Part shown: positions 60,281 through 64,000 of the stretch, piece by piece
Numbering within the stretch: the first letter of the stretch is position 1
Layout: each line of letters opens with the position of its first letter
Source: Nitrospinaceae bacterium
GTDB taxonomy: Bacteria > Nitrospinota > Nitrospinia > Nitrospinales > Nitrospinaceae
Reading direction: 5' to 3'
Length of the DNA stretch: 64,000 nucleotides
Assembly: GCA_965237905.1 (NCBI GenBank)
Contig: OZ250172.1
Location: 2,112,001-2,176,000 of the forward strand
Notes under the pieces: model-generated
What the model was told of the DNA's origin: nothing
The model's database searches: none
The model's input: only the letters and a program-made list of their open reading frames with translations
Translations under genes and position numbers: made by a program

Positions 60281-62236
60281 TTAAGAGGCCGGGGTGTTTT
60301 GGATGTCCTCGATTTGCTCGGATAATAGATCCCATTCCTTCGTGAGTTTGCCTTCTTTCCACGCCAGGTCTTTTTGCTGTTCCAGTGTTGCCGTCAGGTC
60401 GCTTTTCTGGTTGTCTTCATACAAAGAAGAATCGGCCAGTTTTGTTTCGGCGGTTTGTTTTTCCTGCATGATTGCTTCCAGTTTCTTTTCGACTTGCTTC
60501 AGTTGATCTTGGAGGGGCTTGAGCTGGCGGTAACGTTGATTGCGCGCTTCGGCTTCCTGCCGTTTGCGTTGCTTGTCTTTTTTCGAGAAACTCGTTTTCT
60601 TCGGAGCGGCGGATTCCAGTTCTGTAGCGGCAACCGTTTCCGCCTCACGCGACTTGGCCCATTCGTAATCGCTGTAACTGCCGACGTATTCTTTGATGTT
60701 TCCAGCGTTCACTTCCCACACGCGGTCGATGATGCCGTCCAGAAAATACCGGTCATGCGAGATGGTGACCAGTGTCCCCTCGTAATCCGTCAGCGCCGCC
60801 GCCAGCATTTCGCAGGATCGCATGTCGAGGTGGTTGGTGGGCTCATCCAGTAACAGGAACGGGGCGGGGGAAGCGAGCATGCGTGCCAGCGACAGGCGCG
60901 ATCGCTCCCCGCCGGAAAGCACCGAAACTTTTTTCTGAACGTCATCGCCGGAAAACAGAAACGCGCCGAGGATACTCTGCTTGCGGGTGCGTGGCATATT
61001 GCCCGACACTTCTTCCAGCGATTCGAGGACGGTATGATTGCCGTCCAGAGTCTCGATCTGGTGTTGCGCGAAATAGGCGCGGGTGACATTTGTCCCCAGT
61101 ATGATATCGCCCTTTTCATACTCGATCACTCCCGCCAGCAATTTCAGCAAGGTGGATTTGCCCGCGCCGTTTTCCCCGACCAGTGCCACCTTGAACCCAC
61201 GTTCTACCAGGATGGAGAAATCACGGTACACCGTCACGTCTCCGTAACTTTTGCACACGTTCTTGACCTCCGCCACAAGGCGGCCGGTGCGCTTCGGTTG
61301 CGGAAAACGGAACTGAATCGTCTTCGATTTCTGGAAAGTCTCGACTTTATCCATTTTCTCCAGCATCTTGATTTTACTTTTTACCTGGGTGGCCTTGGAG
61401 TTTTTGGCGCGAAAGCGTTCGATGAACTTCTCCACCTGATCGACGCGCCGGGTCTGGTTGGCGGCCTCGGCTTCCAGTTGAGCGATGCGTTCCGCCTTTA
61501 ATCTTTCGTAGGTGTCGTAAGTACCCGTGTAAACACCCAGCTTGCCGCGGTCGAGTTCGATGATGCGGCCCACCAGCGCATTCAGAAAACGCCGGTCATG
61601 AGAGATGAGCAGAATGCTTCCATCATAATTTTTAAGAAACGATTCCAGCCAGATGACGGATTGCAGGTCGAGGTGGTTGGTCGGTTCGTCGAGCAGGAGT
61701 ACATCCGGGTTCTGCAACAACAGCCGCGCCAGTTCCGCCCGCATGCGCCAGCCACCGGAAAACTTTTCGAGCGGTTGATCCAATTGATCGATCTTGAAGG
61801 ACAGTCCCAGAAGGATTGTTTTGGCGCGGGATTCGCGTTCGTAACCGCCCAGCCGTTCAAACTCGTGTTGCAGGCGACCGTAGCGTTTGCTCCATTCCTC
61901 CGGCGCGCGCTCATGATATTCCGAGTCGTTTTCCAATTGGTTCATTTCCTGTTGGACGTCACTGAAGTGGGAGTCGCCGTGGACCACGCGATCCAGCACC
62001 GTACCTCTGGCCAATTGGAGTTCCTGCGCCAGCATGGCGGTGCGGGCGCCCTTGCGCAGAACGATTTTGCCCCCGTCCAGTTCTTCCTGATTCACAATGG
62101 CGCGGAAGAGCGTGGTTTTGCCCATACCGTTTTCGCCGATCAGGCCGATGCGCTCCTTCGGCCTCAGGTGAAAAGTGATGTCGTCGAACAGCACCTTGGG
62201 GCCGAATTGTTTTTTGAGATTCTGCAGATAAATCAT
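60281..62236 (-). CDS. ABC-F family ATP-binding protein
   Basis: Two ABC domains (GENGMGKT, FSGGW, LDEPTNHLD; GENGAGKS, LSGGE); C-terminal coiled coil; no TM segment. Confidence 0.94.
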   Translation of the reverse strand: MIYLQNLKKQFGPKVLFDDITFHLRPKERIGLIGENGMGKTTLFRAIVNQEELDGGKIVLRKGARTAMLAQELQLARGTVLDRVVHGDSHFSDVQQEMNQLENDSEYHERAPEEWSKRYGRLQHEFERLGGYERESRAKTILLGLSFKIDQLDQPLEKFSGGWRMRAELARLLLQNPDVLLLDEPTNHLDLQSVIWLESFLKNYDGSILLISHDRRFLNALVGRIIELDRGKLGVYTGTYDTYERLKAERIAQLEAEAANQTRRVDQVEKFIERFRAKNSKATQVKSKIKMLEKMDKVETFQKSKTIQFRFPQPKRTGRLVAEVKNVCKSYGDVTVYRDFSILVERGFKVALVGENGAGKSTLLKLLAGVIEYEKGDIILGTNVTRAYFAQHQIETLDGNHTVLESLEEVSGNMPRTRKQSILGAFLFSGDDVQKKVSVLSGGERSRLSLARMLASPAPFLLLDEPTNHLDMRSCEMLAAALTDYEGTLVTISHDRYFLDGIIDRVWEVNAGNIKEYVGSYSDYEWAKSREAETVAATELESAAPKKTSFSKKDKQRKRQEAEARNQRYRQLKPLQDQLKQVEKKLEAIMQEKQTAETKLADSSLYEDNQKSDLTATLEQQKDLAWKEGKLTKEWDLLSEQIEDIQNTPAS

Positions 62237-62252
62237 GGAGTGAACAAACCGA

Positions 62253-63221
62253 TCACCGCTGTTGGCGGAGTTTGGGGTTATAGGCTTCGCGCAATCCCTC
62301 GCCGCACAGGTTGAACGCCAGCACCACGAACAGGATGGTGAAGCCCGGAATGAACGTCAGCCACGGCGCATCAAAGATGTAACCTTTGCCGTCGGACAGA
62401 ATATTTCCCCACGTTGCGTCCGGCGGTTGCACGCCGAAGCCGAGAAAACTGAGGGCCGACTCGGTCAGGATCGCCGTTGCCACGCCGATGGTGGCGGACA
62501 CCAGCACCGGCGCGATGGCGTTGGGCACGATGTGTTGAAAGATGATGCGCATTTCCGGGATGGCCTGACTGCGTGCGGCCATCACATAATCCTGTTCGCG
62601 CAGGGACAAAAACTCGGCGCGCACCAGACGCGCGGTGCCCATCCAGCTGGTGAGGCCGATAACGATCATAATGTTATAGATGCTGGGCGGTAATAACGCA
62701 ACCACCGTTAAAATCAAAAAGAAGGTGGGGAAGCACAGCATGAGGTCGACGAACCGCATGATCAATGTGTCGACAGTAATGAGTCCCAACCGGATGCGGC
62801 CGTAAAACCCCGCCAGTCCGCCCAGCAGAATGCCGACGAAAACCGAAATGCCCACGGCCACGAAACCGATGGTGAGGGACACCGGGGTGCCCTCCAGCAT
62901 ACGCGAAAACACATCGCGCCCCAGCTCATCGGTGCCCAACAGGTAGATGCCGAAGGGAGGCGCGTCTTCCGGTTGGACGAGATCACTTTTAAACGGCGTC
63001 ATGGGCTGTAGGAACTTTTCCGACAGACGCACGGTGGCCGGATTGAAAGGCGGGCTGTATTGAGTCAGAAGTACTGCGGCAATGGATAGAATCAACAGAA
63101 AAACCAGAAACCACAGACTGAACACGGCGCCCCGGTTCTTTCGAAAGAGATTCCACTTTTCGCGAAACGGGCTGATCTGCAGTTCCGTCAAAGGTCCGCC
63201 GCTTTGTTCCACTAGTTCCAT
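62253..63221 (-). CDS. Opp/Dpp-type ABC transporter permease (OppC-like)
   Basis: LGTDELGRDVFSR, ESALSFLGFG, EGLREA. Confidence 0.92.
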   Translation of the reverse strand: MELVEQSGGPLTELQISPFREKWNLFRKNRGAVFSLWFLVFLLILSIAAVLLTQYSPPFNPATVRLSEKFLQPMTPFKSDLVQPEDAPPFGIYLLGTDELGRDVFSRMLEGTPVSLTIGFVAVGISVFVGILLGGLAGFYGRIRLGLITVDTLIMRFVDLMLCFPTFFLILTVVALLPPSIYNIMIVIGLTSWMGTARLVRAEFLSLREQDYVMAARSQAIPEMRIIFQHIVPNAIAPVLVSATIGVATAILTESALSFLGFGVQPPDATWGNILSDGKGYIFDAPWLTFIPGFTILFVVLAFNLCGEGLREAYNPKLRQQR

Positions 63222-63231
63222 AGGTTCCTCA

Positions 63232-64000
63232 CTACTGCAATTTGATTCTCGGGTCCGCCACCGCGTACAAAATGTCCGATACAAAAGTTCCGATCAAAGT
63301 CAGAATGGCGGTGATGAAGTTCAGAGTTAAGATGACGGGAAAATCCCGGTTGAGAATAGCCTCGAATCCCAGTCGTCCCAATCCCGGCCAGGAGAAAATT
63401 TGCTCAATGATCACGGACCCTCCGATGAGGCCGGGAATCATCAGGCCGAACATGGTGATGAAGGGCAATAGCGCATTGCGCAGGCCATGTTTGTAAATCA
63501 CCACTTCCTCCGACAATCCCTTGGCGCGGGCGGTGCGGATGTAATCCATGTGAATGACTTCCAGCATCTGCGACCGAACATAGCGGGACAGCACAGCGAT
63601 CATCCCAGACGCGAAGATCAGTGCAGGAATCGTGAGGTGCCAGATGCGGTCCATCGATTGAAACCACGGACCCGCGTCTTCCAGTCCGAAAGTGCTTATG
63701 CCGATCACCGGAACGTCGAATACCTTCACCACCCCAATGATGCAAATATATGCCAGGAAAAATCCCGGAAAAGAAATAAAGATGTAGGAGAGTAATGTGC
63801 CTCCCCGGTCTAACAGCGAGCCGCGCCGCAACGCTGATTGGATTCCAATAGGAAACGCGATGCACCAGGTGATCAGGGTGGTCACCAGAAACAGCGGCAG
63901 GGAGTTGAGAAACCGGCCCCATATTTTTTCGAGGACGGGCTGGTTGTCTTTGAACGATTTGAGTTGGCCGGTGAACAGGTCCCGCATCCAGTAGGCGTAT
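63232..64000 (-). CDS. Opp/Dpp-type ABC transporter permease (OppB-like), 5' end outside the window
   Basis: DYIRTARAKGL, KHGLRNA, IEQIFSWPGLG, DPRI. Confidence 0.92.
   Translation of the reverse strand, partial: YAYWMRDLFTGQLKSFKDNQPVLEKIWGRFLNSLPLFLVTTLITWCIAFPIGIQSALRRGSLLDRGGTLLSYIFISFPGFFLAYICIIGVVKVFDVPVIGISTFGLEDAGPWFQSMDRIWHLTIPALIFASGMIAVLSRYVRSQMLEVIHMDYIRTARAKGLSEEVVIYKHGLRNALLPFITMFGLMIPGLIGGSVIIEQIFSWPGLGRLGFEAILNRDFPVILTLNFITAILTLIGTFVSDILYAVADPRIKLQ

Noticed and set aside
1..64000. Prophage, IS, integron, defence island, tRNA/rRNA
   Set aside because: No integrase, transposase, phage structural, restriction/defence or structural RNA signatures were recognised by eye.

Overview
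Gene-dense bacterial chromosomal window of mostly housekeeping genes. It contains a glnD-like gene (partial), aroF, dnaN, purH, purS-purQ-purL-purF, nadK, mpl, dacB, pepF, valS, an ABC-F ATPase and Opp/Dpp-type permeases, plus cell-envelope, signalling and hypothetical genes. Protein style and gene content suggest a Nitrospina/Nitrospinota-like organism; this is an inference, not a database result. I found no rRNA, tRNA, CRISPR array, integrase or transposase. The most notable non-routine signals are: (1) a family of short modular palindromic intergenic repeats assembled into composite, nested elements around accessory-looking genes; (2) a CCAGCG-N3-CGCTGG palindrome upstream of three genes; (3) an unannotated 56-aa Lys/Ala/Arg histone-H1-like gene divergent from a helically phased A-tract array; (4) a RomR-like regulator beside valS; (5) a ThDP-enzyme plus aldehyde dehydrogenase pair resembling a 2-oxoacid decarboxylase shunt; (6) a radical-SAM-like protein with no Cys motif and a short duplication at about that position. 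All calls come from reading the sequence; no searches were run.
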